64,000 nt of DNA from Tetramitus jugosus (Eukaryota; Protista; Heterolobosea), in assembly GCA_937625935.1 (NCBI GenBank), contig OW569374.1, positions 404,238 to 468,237 of the forward strand, read 5' to 3'. Under the pieces are notes generated by a model. That model was not told the DNA's origin, made no database searches, and worked only from the letters and a program-made list of their open reading frames with translations. Of this stretch, positions 10,952 through 20,818 are shown piece after piece. Positions within the stretch are counted from its first letter, which is position 1; each line of letters starts with the position of its first letter. A program made the position numbers and the translations under genes.

Positions 10952-11127
10952 TGTGTGTTAACCCTCAGTTTTTCACAGTGTAGCACTTGTTTTAGAGGCG
11001 AGATTGAAGCGGGAAGGCAAGAACTGGCTATCATGAAAGGTAATTAATTACAACAGTTTCGGAAGTGGTGCGGGAAGGCAAGAGCTTCTGACCAAGTAAG
11101 TCCATTTTTCATCTTGCAAGCGCACTC

Positions 11128-11207
11128 ATGGAACCACCTCTTCCCATTTAGAATCCAAAAGATAACTCTTCTGGTGGATGGAGATAGGAGACCCCTCGAG
11201 AACCCTC
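11128..11207 (+). repeat. Imperfect direct repeat, copy A (copy B at 13699-13787)
   Basis: Shares ATGGAACCACCTCTTCCCATTT (22/22), GAGATAGGAGAC and AGAACCCTC with copy B. Confidence 0.85.
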
Positions 11208-11280
11208 CCTTGGTAATGTCGGAAACTACTTTCCTTAAATCCAAAAAACAGAAAAACCGCCAATACAAAAAAAACAACAG

Positions 11281-13665
11281 ATGAAAGATGATCAAGTTGA
11301 TGCATACACCTATGAACTTGTCAATCAAATTGCAAGAGAGCCCAACTGGTCTAGTGCTCCACCTTTGATTTCCCAGTTGAAGCTCAAGATATCAAGCCAA
11401 TCCAAGCTCAATCATACCAAGGGTGATGATTCCACATCACTAAAAAACACATTTCAAAGCCAATTACAAGAGTGTTTGCGTTGTGGTATTGTGTCTGATA
11501 TGGATCGAGAGTCCATGAAGGGTTATATCACACTACTGCAAACTATTCTTGGTCGTTTCATGTCCTGTAAACTGATCCTATCAAGTAGCTCTTCCTCCTC
11601 AAGTGTAAGCTCAATAGTGCCTCTGGATCAATATAATAAAGATTTCAAAAATGAGGGTGACCGTGAGAATGACAACGACAATGGTCCAATGGTGGATGAT
11701 TGGTTGGTTCAAATGTTTCTTGGTCATCATGATGACAAAACGAATAACAAGGCTTCTCTCATGGACATGCTTGTCAAGTGCATACGACACAGCATTTTTG
11801 AAAGTCAAGAAGAAAATTGTGATGATGAAATCGTCACAGGCAAGCTGATAAAGAAGACAAATGAAGAGAAGAAAAAGTTGTGGATGGGTGGAATTGAATA
11901 CATGAATCAATTGTATGACAAGTGGAGTGAAGAACCATACTTTGGGGTTGTAACTCAGAATGAACTATTGAAAAAGTTCTTGTTGAGACTGTTCAAGTCG
12001 TGCAATGTTCAAACCTTCTACACAAAAGAACAATTGATGAAGGCATATCGTGTCTGGTACTGGTCTCTCACGCTTGAAGATGTGAGCTATGTTTTGTCTC
12101 ATGAGCCCACCTTCCAAGAGTTGGACGATGAATCAATGGAGAGTCAATTGGTGTACGTACCAGCCTACTTTTACGATGGGGAGGCTGAGATATGGACATT
12201 GGAGCTAGTTCGTGACGCGTTCTTGGCAAAACGTGAGCAGTTCAAGACAATCGATGATGTGTGGATGAATAGTATAGTAACTGTTGCTCTCTATACTGTA
12301 CTTAATAATTTTGAAACGTCTCCGTTGGTCGGGCAGTACTCATCATATTTGTTCCCAGTTCGTGGCACAATCGATGATTCCTTTTCTTCGATGATATACT
12401 TGCTCATGTTGTATCATGGATGTTCTGACAAAGCGATTCAAAACACACACAAAGCAGATATTCAGCTTGCTGTGACTCAAGGAATGGAAATTGACAATGT
12501 TGAAATTAGGATGTTGTGTACTGTTATCCTCGAAATTTTGCATCATGTTGTATTCGCTGACATGTTTGAATCGTTGAAACCATGTTTGAGAAATGTGGCC
12601 CTGACCTCAACTGATTCTCCTACAAAAAGATTGCTCTGCAATGTTTTGGTTCGGCATGCCAAAGTGGTCTTTCGAAAGGATACTCCCGTTGCTCATTTCA
12701 TGATACCATTCATATTCGGTCTTGCTTCTGAACTCTCTGAAAGGCTTGACTTGACATTTTCATTGCATTTGTCTAGATTGTTGTGCCAATTCACTGAATA
12801 TGCCAACATAGAGGCTGACAAGTTGTCATTGTATGTGTGTTCTCTAACAGCCACATTGGAGAACAGAGAGAAAGTTTATCTCTCTAATCCTAATGCTTCG
12901 TCAAGGAACAAGGTCTTTGAGACATTCCGTGCTATCTCCTTTGTACCAGAAACCGCAATGTTGATTGACGCTGATGCTTTGTGTGGCTTCTATCGTGTCA
13001 TACATCGTTGTTTGACTGCTGAGGATGACACAATCAGAGAAAATAGTTGGGTTCTCTATTCTCGAGCCATCCGAAACAAAAGTCTCGATTGTATGGAGGA
13101 AGTTCACAGAAACTCGCCTGCATGTAACATGAGTTTGTTTTTTTACACATTTTCTTTGATAATCGGGGGACCAGTGGAGCTTGGTAAGCTGAAAGCTGGA
13201 AGGGCATTACTGATTCAGTATTATCAAGAACAAACTCATGAGGAACTGGAACACTTTCACAATCAAATGCTCCCATTCTACTGCGAAAAGTTATCAGAGG
13301 GATTGATAAGGTCAACAACAGTTGAATCGAAAGAAGAAGCATTTTTGTCTCTGGGTCTGTTGTATTGCATTGCTCCGGATCTGATTCGAAATTCTGATTC
13401 ATTTCTCATGCAAGCCTATCTTGAAACCTTTGACGAAGGTGAATACTTTGCTAAAATGATCGAAGATAAACCAACCGATGTTGCTTGCTGGTTGGCGTAC
13501 TTGGAGCTCACCCTTGATGTTACCTCATTATACGACCAAGATAATCAAGTTAAGTTCATTCTGAAAGAACTGTACTATACTGACGTTTATCAAAAGAATC
13601 AACAACTTCTTCAGCCGCTCGTCTCGCGGCTATGGGTGGGCAGCAGTTCCGCAGAAATTGCTTGA
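11281..13665 (+). CDS. Hypothetical alpha-helical (possibly ARM/HEAT-like) protein, 794 aa
   Basis: Long uninterrupted ORF with an A-rich leader. Leu-rich helical composition; no recognisable catalytic motif. Confidence 0.7.
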   Translation: MKDDQVDAYTYELVNQIAREPNWSSAPPLISQLKLKISSQSKLNHTKGDDSTSLKNTFQSQLQECLRCGIVSDMDRESMKGYITLLQTILGRFMSCKLILSSSSSSSSVSSIVPLDQYNKDFKNEGDRENDNDNGPMVDDWLVQMFLGHHDDKTNNKASLMDMLVKCIRHSIFESQEENCDDEIVTGKLIKKTNEEKKKLWMGGIEYMNQLYDKWSEEPYFGVVTQNELLKKFLLRLFKSCNVQTFYTKEQLMKAYRVWYWSLTLEDVSYVLSHEPTFQELDDESMESQLVYVPAYFYDGEAEIWTLELVRDAFLAKREQFKTIDDVWMNSIVTVALYTVLNNFETSPLVGQYSSYLFPVRGTIDDSFSSMIYLLMLYHGCSDKAIQNTHKADIQLAVTQGMEIDNVEIRMLCTVILEILHHVVFADMFESLKPCLRNVALTSTDSPTKRLLCNVLVRHAKVVFRKDTPVAHFMIPFIFGLASELSERLDLTFSLHLSRLLCQFTEYANIEADKLSLYVCSLTATLENREKVYLSNPNASSRNKVFETFRAISFVPETAMLIDADALCGFYRVIHRCLTAEDDTIRENSWVLYSRAIRNKSLDCMEEVHRNSPACNMSLFFYTFSLIIGGPVELGKLKAGRALLIQYYQEQTHEELEHFHNQMLPFYCEKLSEGLIRSTTVESKEEAFLSLGLLYCIAPDLIRNSDSFLMQAYLETFDEGEYFAKMIEDKPTDVACWLAYLELTLDVTSLYDQDNQVKFILKELYYTDVYQKNQQLLQPLVSRLWVGSSSAEIA

Positions 13666-13698
13666 CAGTGCACATAGGATGTCTACGTTCATACAACA

Positions 13699-13787
13699 AT
13701 GGAACCACCTCTTCCCATTTCGAATAGAGAAGTTAAGCATTTTCTGGCTGAGTTAGTATTGAGATAGGAGACTACTCAAGAACCCTC
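13699..13787 (+). repeat. Imperfect direct repeat, copy B
   Basis: See copy A at 11128-11207. Confidence 0.85.
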
Positions 13788-14033
13788 AGTGATGTAGGCT
13801 TTTTATCTTTCTCCAACTTCCCTCGACTTTATTAAAACGAGACAAAGTGGTGTCCGGTCCACTAAATTCGAACTTCTCTTTGTCTCTCCATTTTTCAAAT
13901 CAATTGGCAGCAAATGATACGTTGTCATTTCTCGGAGAGGGATCTCTTGCAACAAAACCAAGTGCAGCAAAAAATACATGCAAAGAGTTAAAATACAACT
14001 AATTTATCAACTTAGATTCAATGTCGAGCAAGA

Positions 14034-15356
14034 CTACTGTGAATCAAGCAGACTTGGAACAAAGTGCTGAGACTTCACGGAGGAATACTTTGTAATGAAA
14101 CGATGGTTCAGCAACTCTGATGTGGATGCTCTCTCATTTTCTTGGAAACGCATGCACAATCCCAGAAAATCAAGTAAGCAAGGACTAAAGCTCTTGCACG
14201 TGAACAAATCCTTCAATTCAATGCGTGAGAGATGCTTGCCTTGCTTGATCTTCCGATAGGTGCTCCTCGAATCTAGACTAAACCAGATGGGAAGTCCCTG
14301 CAGACACAATTCCCACAATAGCACACCCAACGACCAAATATCAGACTTTTTGCTAAAGCTGCCATTCTTGGAGACCTCAGGAGCCAACTTGTACATACCA
14401 CCAATATTCCATGGCGACCGATCAATCAAACTATAATTTTCCTTGCTCATCAAGTCAACCTCCTTCAATTTAAATTGATAATCATCTCCTATCAAAACAT
14501 TTTTCAAGGAAAGATTTTTGTAACATGTTTGCAGTTCATCATGCACGTATCGCAATCCTAGAAGCACATGTCGAACAATAACTGAAAGTTGACCTTCCAA
14601 AAAATAATTCCGTGAAGAGTCGCGATATCTTGAACGACTCTCATTCCTGCCTCTGCAATTTCCATCACTCGTCGTAGCTTTCGGTGAACCACCACTATTC
14701 CCGCCAAAATTTTCATTCATGGAACGAATCAGTTCAAACAATGTTCCGTGTTTACAGTGCTCCATCTCGACATACACTACAGTGTGTTTTTTCCTTGTTG
14801 AGAAATGAGCCAAAGTTCTCTTGTATTGAACAATGTGTCGCCTAGCATTCACATTATCATCCCTACTACAGTGATCTAGCAGAGAGATTTGATGATCCAT
14901 TTGAATCATCTTTAGCTTTGAATCAATAACAAACCGGTTGAGCCTGGACACTTGATGAGTGCTCTTCAATTGAGCAACAATGCAATCACTACCGTTGCTG
15001 TTGTTACTCATCATCATGTTGTTAATGTTACAATAATGGTTTTCCAGAATGAAATTTTGTCTGTTTTGATGCGCAATTCTCTGTTTGAATAGAGTCAATG
15101 CCCTTTCATATTTTATCATCTCTGGATCATCGATGGATGTAGTTGCAATATCTTTACAATTGCAGGATTCATTGTTGTTGTTCTGAGCGTTGTTCTGTTT
15201 TTGTTGCTTTTTCCGTCTGAAAAATTTTTGGATGGCCTGAGGCACGAGAGAATAGGTCTGTAGAGAAGAGGATAAGGTGGGCATGGGTACCAATGTTGCT
15301 ATTTGTGTGTTTTGCCTTGGTTTTGTTTTTGATAATGTGTTTGTTGCATCACACAA
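14034..15356 (-). CDS. STE-like pseudokinase
   Basis: Retains MEHCKHGTL, LAPEV, KSDIWSLG and RASTSELLNHRF. The catalytic loop reads YKNLSLKN (no HRD) and the DFG position reads EVD. Confidence 0.75.
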   Translation of the reverse strand: MCDATNTLSKTKPRQNTQIATLVPMPTLSSSLQTYSLVPQAIQKFFRRKKQQKQNNAQNNNNESCNCKDIATTSIDDPEMIKYERALTLFKQRIAHQNRQNFILENHYCNINNMMMSNNSNGSDCIVAQLKSTHQVSRLNRFVIDSKLKMIQMDHQISLLDHCSRDDNVNARRHIVQYKRTLAHFSTRKKHTVVYVEMEHCKHGTLFELIRSMNENFGGNSGGSPKATTSDGNCRGRNESRSRYRDSSRNYFLEGQLSVIVRHVLLGLRYVHDELQTCYKNLSLKNVLIGDDYQFKLKEVDLMSKENYSLIDRSPWNIGGMYKLAPEVSKNGSFSKKSDIWSLGVLLWELCLQGLPIWFSLDSRSTYRKIKQGKHLSRIELKDLFTCKSFSPCLLDFLGLCMRFQENERASTSELLNHRFITKYSSVKSQHFVPSLLDSQ

Positions 15357-15669
15357 TGAAAAGAAGCTTTTATGTCTGTCTCATCAACCATGCTTTGGTC
15401 TCCGGAGGTGTATTTTTTGTGCGACAGGTGACATTGGAGGGAAGTGAGATGTCAAGTGTTCTTCCAAAAGGGAACCCACTTCCACAAAATAGGTTTTTCG
15501 AGACAGAATTTGGTTTTTATGATGCATTGAAACAATCACAGCTCAACAAACACGACATCGCTAAACTTTTTTGGGATGGAATGCCGAAGCAGCACATGAG
15601 AAACCAAAGAGGATATCGACTTTTGTATGTGGCGTCTCCGTAAAACGCTTGAGGATCCTTTGATTCGAT

Positions 15670-17577
15670 TTATCTCCTTGTCATGATTCTCTTGGTCTTT
15701 GGTTTCATGATTTTCATCAACTCTGGGTCACCAGTGAACATTTCTTGCATTTTAGCAAAGCCATCTGGACCGTCAAATTTGCTCATGTCAGTTCCCTTCT
15801 TTGCCATCGTTTCATAGAATGACCTCATCTTGTCAAACATTTTCAACATCTTGTTCACTTCAATGACATCGACATTGGCACTCCTTGCAATCTGAATACG
15901 TCTTGCACTCGAACTCTTAATGATTTGAGGATTTGAGACTTCATCAGGTGTCATATGAGAGATGATGGCACCATGTGTTGCAAACGTTTCTTCTCCAGCA
16001 ATATTCTCCAATGCGCCAGAGTATTGTTGCATCTTTTGACCAATTTCACCAGGCATGTAAGAGGCCATACTTGCCATACCACCCATCTTCTTAAACATTT
16101 GAGTCATTTTCAAGTATTCAGCAAAGTCATAACCAGTCTTTGAAATCTTGCCCATGGTTGCCTTGAGTGCCTCTGGACTGAATCGATCATCGCCACCAGC
16201 AGCAGACATGACACGTCTAGTCATTGCACCAATATCACCCTGTCCCATGATACGATCAGCCATACCTCTCGGATCAAAGATATCCAGAGCGTTCAATCCT
16301 TCACCTGTACCAATCAACTTGATTGGCACACCGGTTCTTGCCTTCATTGAGATTGCAGCACCACCTCTTGCATCACCATCCAATCTTGTGAGTACGATAC
16401 CAGACAAGCCCAGATTTTCATGAAACTGCTTTGCAATATTCACAGCTTCATTACCCAACATGGCATCAGCCACCAACAGAGTTTCCAATCCGTACCCTGG
16501 CAAAATCTCGTACTTTAAACTGGAAAAGTGATTGATTCGATTGAGCAACTCATCGTGCACTTGCTTAATCTCATCCATCATTTGTGTATCGATTTGCATA
16601 CGACCTGCTGTATCCACCACAATCAACCAATCATTTCTCGCATCATTCTCCCACATTTCCTTCTCCAAGTAATCCCATGCATGTTTAATGATGGAAACTG
16701 GATTGGTTTCTTCAGAGTTGATTGGCAATGATGGTGCATCAATCTGTTGTGCCAATCGCTCCAATTGTTGCATGGCAGCTGGTCTATACGTGTCCAACGA
16801 GATCAAAAATGGTTTCAATTCTCTTTGATTCCAATTTTGAACTGCAGCAGCAGCAGAATCGCTTGTCTCTTGTTGTTGTGGCAACTTTTGTTGCTTATTA
16901 ATCAATTGATAATTCGATCGAGCATATTGAACCAATTTGGCACATGTCGTCGTCTTACCTGAACCTTGAGTTCCCGCCACTAAAATCACCGAAATTTTTC
17001 CCTTTTCGCGACCTTGTTCCCTCTCTGCTTCACTCGTCTTTGCTAAAAACATGTTGAGCGGAGAATGTTCCGTACCCAACAAATCAGTCAAATGTTTCTG
17101 AACGAGTGCATACACGGTGGCTGCCTTTGGTAGTTCATCAACGACTTTTTGACCCACAATTTCATTCTTTAGCTTTGCAATGAATTCGTCTACTACAATC
17201 TGAGAAACATCGGATTGGATGAGTGCGAGACGAACGTTACTCATTGCTGCATTGACATCGTTTTGAGTCAAAAATTTTTTACGGTTGAGACTGTCCATGA
17301 CATTTTTGATTTTGGAGCTGACGGAGCCTAACATACCAACGGCTTTCATTGTCATGTTGGATGCATAATATCGTTGTTGTTGTTGTTGAGCATGGTGAGT
17401 CATGTGATGTTGATGAGAAAATGTAGTGTTTTTTGATGATGATGATGATGATGATAGGGTGGAGAAGGAGAGGTGTTGTGTTGATGATGGAACGAGGAGC
17501 ATTCTTCTGTGGTTGTTGCGACTGCCAACAACAATTGCAGAGTGGCGCAATGCTTTGGATAGAATTTGTCTTTTCAT
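15670..17577 (-). CDS. ffh: Bacterial-type SRP GTPase Ffh with N-terminal mitochondrial presequence (mtFfh)
   Basis: GTQGSGKTTT, DTYRPAA, DTAGR, TRLDGDARGGAA (Ffh-type), GTGE and a Met-rich M domain. The ~70-aa N-terminal extension is Arg/Ser-rich and lacks acidic residues. Confidence 0.88.
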   Translation of the reverse strand: MKRQILSKALRHSAIVVGSRNNHRRMLLVPSSTQHLSFSTLSSSSSSSKNTTFSHQHHMTHHAQQQQQRYYASNMTMKAVGMLGSVSSKIKNVMDSLNRKKFLTQNDVNAAMSNVRLALIQSDVSQIVVDEFIAKLKNEIVGQKVVDELPKAATVYALVQKHLTDLLGTEHSPLNMFLAKTSEAEREQGREKGKISVILVAGTQGSGKTTTCAKLVQYARSNYQLINKQQKLPQQQETSDSAAAAVQNWNQRELKPFLISLDTYRPAAMQQLERLAQQIDAPSLPINSEETNPVSIIKHAWDYLEKEMWENDARNDWLIVVDTAGRMQIDTQMMDEIKQVHDELLNRINHFSSLKYEILPGYGLETLLVADAMLGNEAVNIAKQFHENLGLSGIVLTRLDGDARGGAAISMKARTGVPIKLIGTGEGLNALDIFDPRGMADRIMGQGDIGAMTRRVMSAAGGDDRFSPEALKATMGKISKTGYDFAEYLKMTQMFKKMGGMASMASYMPGEIGQKMQQYSGALENIAGEETFATHGAIISHMTPDEVSNPQIIKSSSARRIQIARSANVDVIEVNKMLKMFDKMRSFYETMAKKGTDMSKFDGPDGFAKMQEMFTGDPELMKIMKPKTKRIMTRR

Positions 17578-17925
17578 TTTTTTCGTTTTTTTCGTATTGT
17601 TTTTTGCTTTTTGATTTTCGGTTGTTTCTCCGGTGGGCCAATTTTTTCCTTTTCGCGCGCACAGGTGAGCACTTACAGTGCTTCAACTGAACAAATACCA
17701 AAGAGTTATGGATGATAACAATGGATTAGGCACCGCACTGACAAAGTGAAACCATGTGACTCCAATCCAGGTTGGTTTCCACCGAAAAATTCCTTATGAC
17801 AGGAGGAAAGGACATTTTCGTTAAAAGATAATTGACGAGTTCTTAGAGGTGGTTGGAAATTATTCAGATTTATTCAGATCATTACTATCTAATGGAGAAT
17901 AATAGATGAACAAGTGAGGCTGCGC

Positions 17926-19029
17926 TTAGTTTCTTTGTTGAACCAAGTCAGAGAGCTTGACCTTACCAATGTAGTTGTTCAAGACAGATCCCAAGTACAT
18001 GTAACCTTCGTGAACATCAGCTTCAGCACATCTGGAGAAGAAGGTACCGTTGGCAGATCTAATCTCTTCGAGAACTCTACCCTTGGAGTCAATCTTCTTG
18101 ACCAAACCAGCAGACTCAATCAATGCCAATGTGTTCAATGGAGGGATATAGGTAATAGCGAGATCTTGCAACTTTGGATAGTCCAAGATGGCACTCATTT
18201 CCTCAGAGGTATAAGAGAAGAGAGCAACATAGAAGTTTCCGTTACCGTCAGGTCTAATGTTGTCATTGTAACCACCAATGTCCTCAACCATGACTTCATT
18301 CTTTCCGGCCTTGCGTCCCTTCAAGAAGTACTTTCTAATCTTTCTGGCAGAGCACTCGTTGACAGCCAAGAACTCTTCGTCCTTACCGACAGCAATACCG
18401 TTGGCGAATCTCAAGTCATCAATCTCAACAGTCAATGCACCAGTGGTCAAGTTCAACTTGAACAATCTTCCATCAGGCTTGTTTGCAACAACAATGGAAA
18501 CAAAGGACATTCTAGTGTAGATTTGACTAGTGTCAGTAAAGTACAAGGTCTTTTCGTTGTTGGTCAAGTACAAGCTGTTTGCCATCTTGAATTGAATACC
18601 ATTGTATGAGTTGACAATGGTTTGAACGTTGGATGGGTTGGATCTGGAGATCTTGAGGATACCCTTGTAGGCATCAGCGACCCACAAGTTTTCAGCAGAA
18701 TCGAATTGGAGGCCCAATGGTCTACCGCACAATGGCTCATTGAGAACGGAGACACCACACTTTGCTCTGTCTTCAGCAGACAAGTTTGGAACAGAGTAAG
18801 CATAGACAGTGATTTCGCCAGTGACCTTGTCGACTCTTCTGATGGAACCATCAGCGACACTAGTGTACAAGTTACCTGCTTCATCCCAGACCATGGATTC
18901 TGGACCGTTGAGGACACCTTGTCCAATCTTTTCCATCTTACTGAAGACCTTGACCTTGTTTCTGGAAGCGACGCAGAAAGCGAGGCACATGAGGAGAGCA
19001 CTTAATACAATGATAGATACAGATCTCAT
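17926..19029 (-). CDS. Strictosidine synthase-like / APMAP beta-propeller protein with signal peptide
   Basis: GPES, CGRPLGLQFD, VADAYKG, LYFTDTS, LRFANGIA and DNIR motifs. Confidence 0.9.
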   Translation of the reverse strand: MRSVSIIVLSALLMCLAFCVASRNKVKVFSKMEKIGQGVLNGPESMVWDEAGNLYTSVADGSIRRVDKVTGEITVYAYSVPNLSAEDRAKCGVSVLNEPLCGRPLGLQFDSAENLWVADAYKGILKISRSNPSNVQTIVNSYNGIQFKMANSLYLTNNEKTLYFTDTSQIYTRMSFVSIVVANKPDGRLFKLNLTTGALTVEIDDLRFANGIAVGKDEEFLAVNECSARKIRKYFLKGRKAGKNEVMVEDIGGYNDNIRPDGNGNFYVALFSYTSEEMSAILDYPKLQDLAITYIPPLNTLALIESAGLVKKIDSKGRVLEEIRSANGTFFSRCAEADVHEGYMYLGSVLNNYIGKVKLSDLVQQRN

Positions 19030-19130
19030 TATTGCTAAGAGAGTTAAAAGTGATATATATTATTTACGAAAGGGGTTGTTTGTTTTGTTTGTTGAAAGAA
19101 AGGATTCAAGTTCAAGAATTGTGAATCTTC

Positions 19131-19137
19131 TTTTATA
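19131..19137 (-). promoter_or_regulatory. Possible TATA box of the strictosidine synthase-like gene
   Basis: TATAAAA on the minus strand about 100 bp upstream of the ATG. Confidence 0.35.
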
Positions 19138-19640
19138 GTGGAGGTTATGTGTTGGAGAGGCGACACGAGATGTCATCGGGTGAGGGTAAAACATCATCCC
19201 GAAGTGCCGACGAAACGTCAACCTTCACCGGATGAACCTCCTTTTTCTGTGAGACAGCTTTTCAGATTGTTCTGGACCTTGTAAGGCATGTTTCATCGGA
19301 ATTTCCGATATCAAATCATTGTCGCTTGATGGACATGCGATAACCAATATGGTTTTGATGACGTCTATATGGCACGAGAGGTGATAAGCAATTGTACCCG
19401 AGCGCCTCTTTTTATTCCTTCCCCCGGTCTTGCCTTTGGAAGAAGAAGTGTGTAACGTGGTTCACAAACTTTCGTGTGGGTACTCCTTATGTTTACAGTC
19501 GTTGACGGAGTGTCCTGTTTTCTTTACAGTGAATTTGTTTACCTTAGCTGACACCGATTCTCCCTTGGGAGGTGGTTTCTCAGAAGAAAGAGGAACGAAC
19601 AAGAAGAACAAGAAAGGTACCTTCTCAAAATTTAATTTTT

Positions 19641-20138
19641 TTAGTAACTTTGATGTTGAATTTTCTCTTGTTGGTCTCTTCTGCATTCCTTCAAGGAATC
19701 CATAAAGAATTGACATGCCATCGTGTCGTTCTTATTCTCGTTCAAGCACCGTATCAAGTCTTTACTCTGATAGTAGCACATGTCTCTTTCGTTTTGTTGT
19801 GCTTGTTGTCTACTGTCGTTCATCGAACCACTCATCTCTCTATTTTCCTGTGAATTGTCGTAGGAGTCAGGTGATGATTCAGGTGCTCCTGTCGAGTCCA
19901 TTGCATCATTGATTCTCCTTGACACTGTATGTCCGATCGCACTACCAACCATCGAACCAACAATGGTACCTCCAATTCCGCTACCCATGGGTCTCTGTTG
20001 CGGTGGTGGTGGTGCAGTTGACTGCGCTGTAGGCTGCGTGGTTCTTTTTGGAGTGGTTGCTGGAGGTGGTGCTGTTGTTCTCCTTGGTATGCTAGATGTT
20101 CTGGTTCGTGATGAACCTCCTCCACTTCTTCTTCCCAT
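19641..20138 (-). CDS. CHCHD2/CHCHD10/Mix17-like twin CX9C mitochondrial protein
   Basis: Basic MGRRSGG N-terminus (ATG 20138), central GSMVGSAIGHTV helix, and C-terminal CX9C...CX9C. Confidence 0.85.
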   Translation of the reverse strand: MGRRSGGGSSRTRTSSIPRRTTAPPPATTPKRTTQPTAQSTAPPPPQQRPMGSGIGGTIVGSMVGSAIGHTVSRRINDAMDSTGAPESSPDSYDNSQENREMSGSMNDSRQQAQQNERDMCYYQSKDLIRCLNENKNDTMACQFFMDSLKECRRDQQEKIQHQSY

Positions 20139-20818
20139 TATTATTCTCTTTTTTGATGATCTTGTTTCTTTTCGATTGTTGTTTGAACGTGGTTTAGTTC
20201 TGGGTTTTGAATTTATAGTTTTGTCAACCAGTATTTTTAGAGAGTTCGGAACAACAATTTGTTTGAATGACAATGCAGACCGCAAGGAACGGAATGAAAC
20301 TATGCTTGATGAACAAAGATTCCATCTGGTGAATTTCTCATTTGACTGACATTCACTCATTATAAGCTTGCAAGATGACTACCTCCATTCGACTTGCATT
20401 CAAGTAATTACTTGAATCGCTAATGATGCATTCCCTCATTTATAAGGAGTTAAGGCACTCATTATGAGTCGCAGAACAAGTGTTTACAACAAGGATAGCT
20501 GTCACACGATATGGGTGGTTGTAATCAAATCCCACCACAGAAAAAGCATTTAATTGTTTGAAGGGTATTCTCTCGCAACAAGCGAGACAAGACTTCAGAA
20601 GATGGCTGTACCAATCCAACAATCTTCATTACCAGCAAACAATTCAAGCCACGTGGATAACTCTTTTGAAAGGTTTGATCAAGTATTCAACTGTAAGCCA
20701 AATTCAACATATTTACATGCAAACAGTTGAGGATGCCATTCATTGTAAAGTAGGTGCAGTCTGTTGCAACATTGCACAACAACAACAAAAGGGCTAATGA
20801 AGTAAACAATACATTTAT

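Noticed and set aside
15293-15643. 116-aa plus-strand ORF between the pseudokinase and Ffh
   Set aside because: It overlaps the leader region of the pseudokinase and has no recognisable features.
17365-17460. (TTG)n and (TGA)n microsatellites here and in other genes
   Set aside because: They are ordinary low-complexity poly-Q/S/N coding tracts.
17914-19138. Long antisense ORFs over the strictosidine synthase-like gene
   Set aside because: These are shadows of strong codon bias on the opposite strand and carry no motifs.
19173-19235. GACGAAAC suggested a hammerhead ribozyme
   Set aside because: There is no CUGANGA core in the required position.
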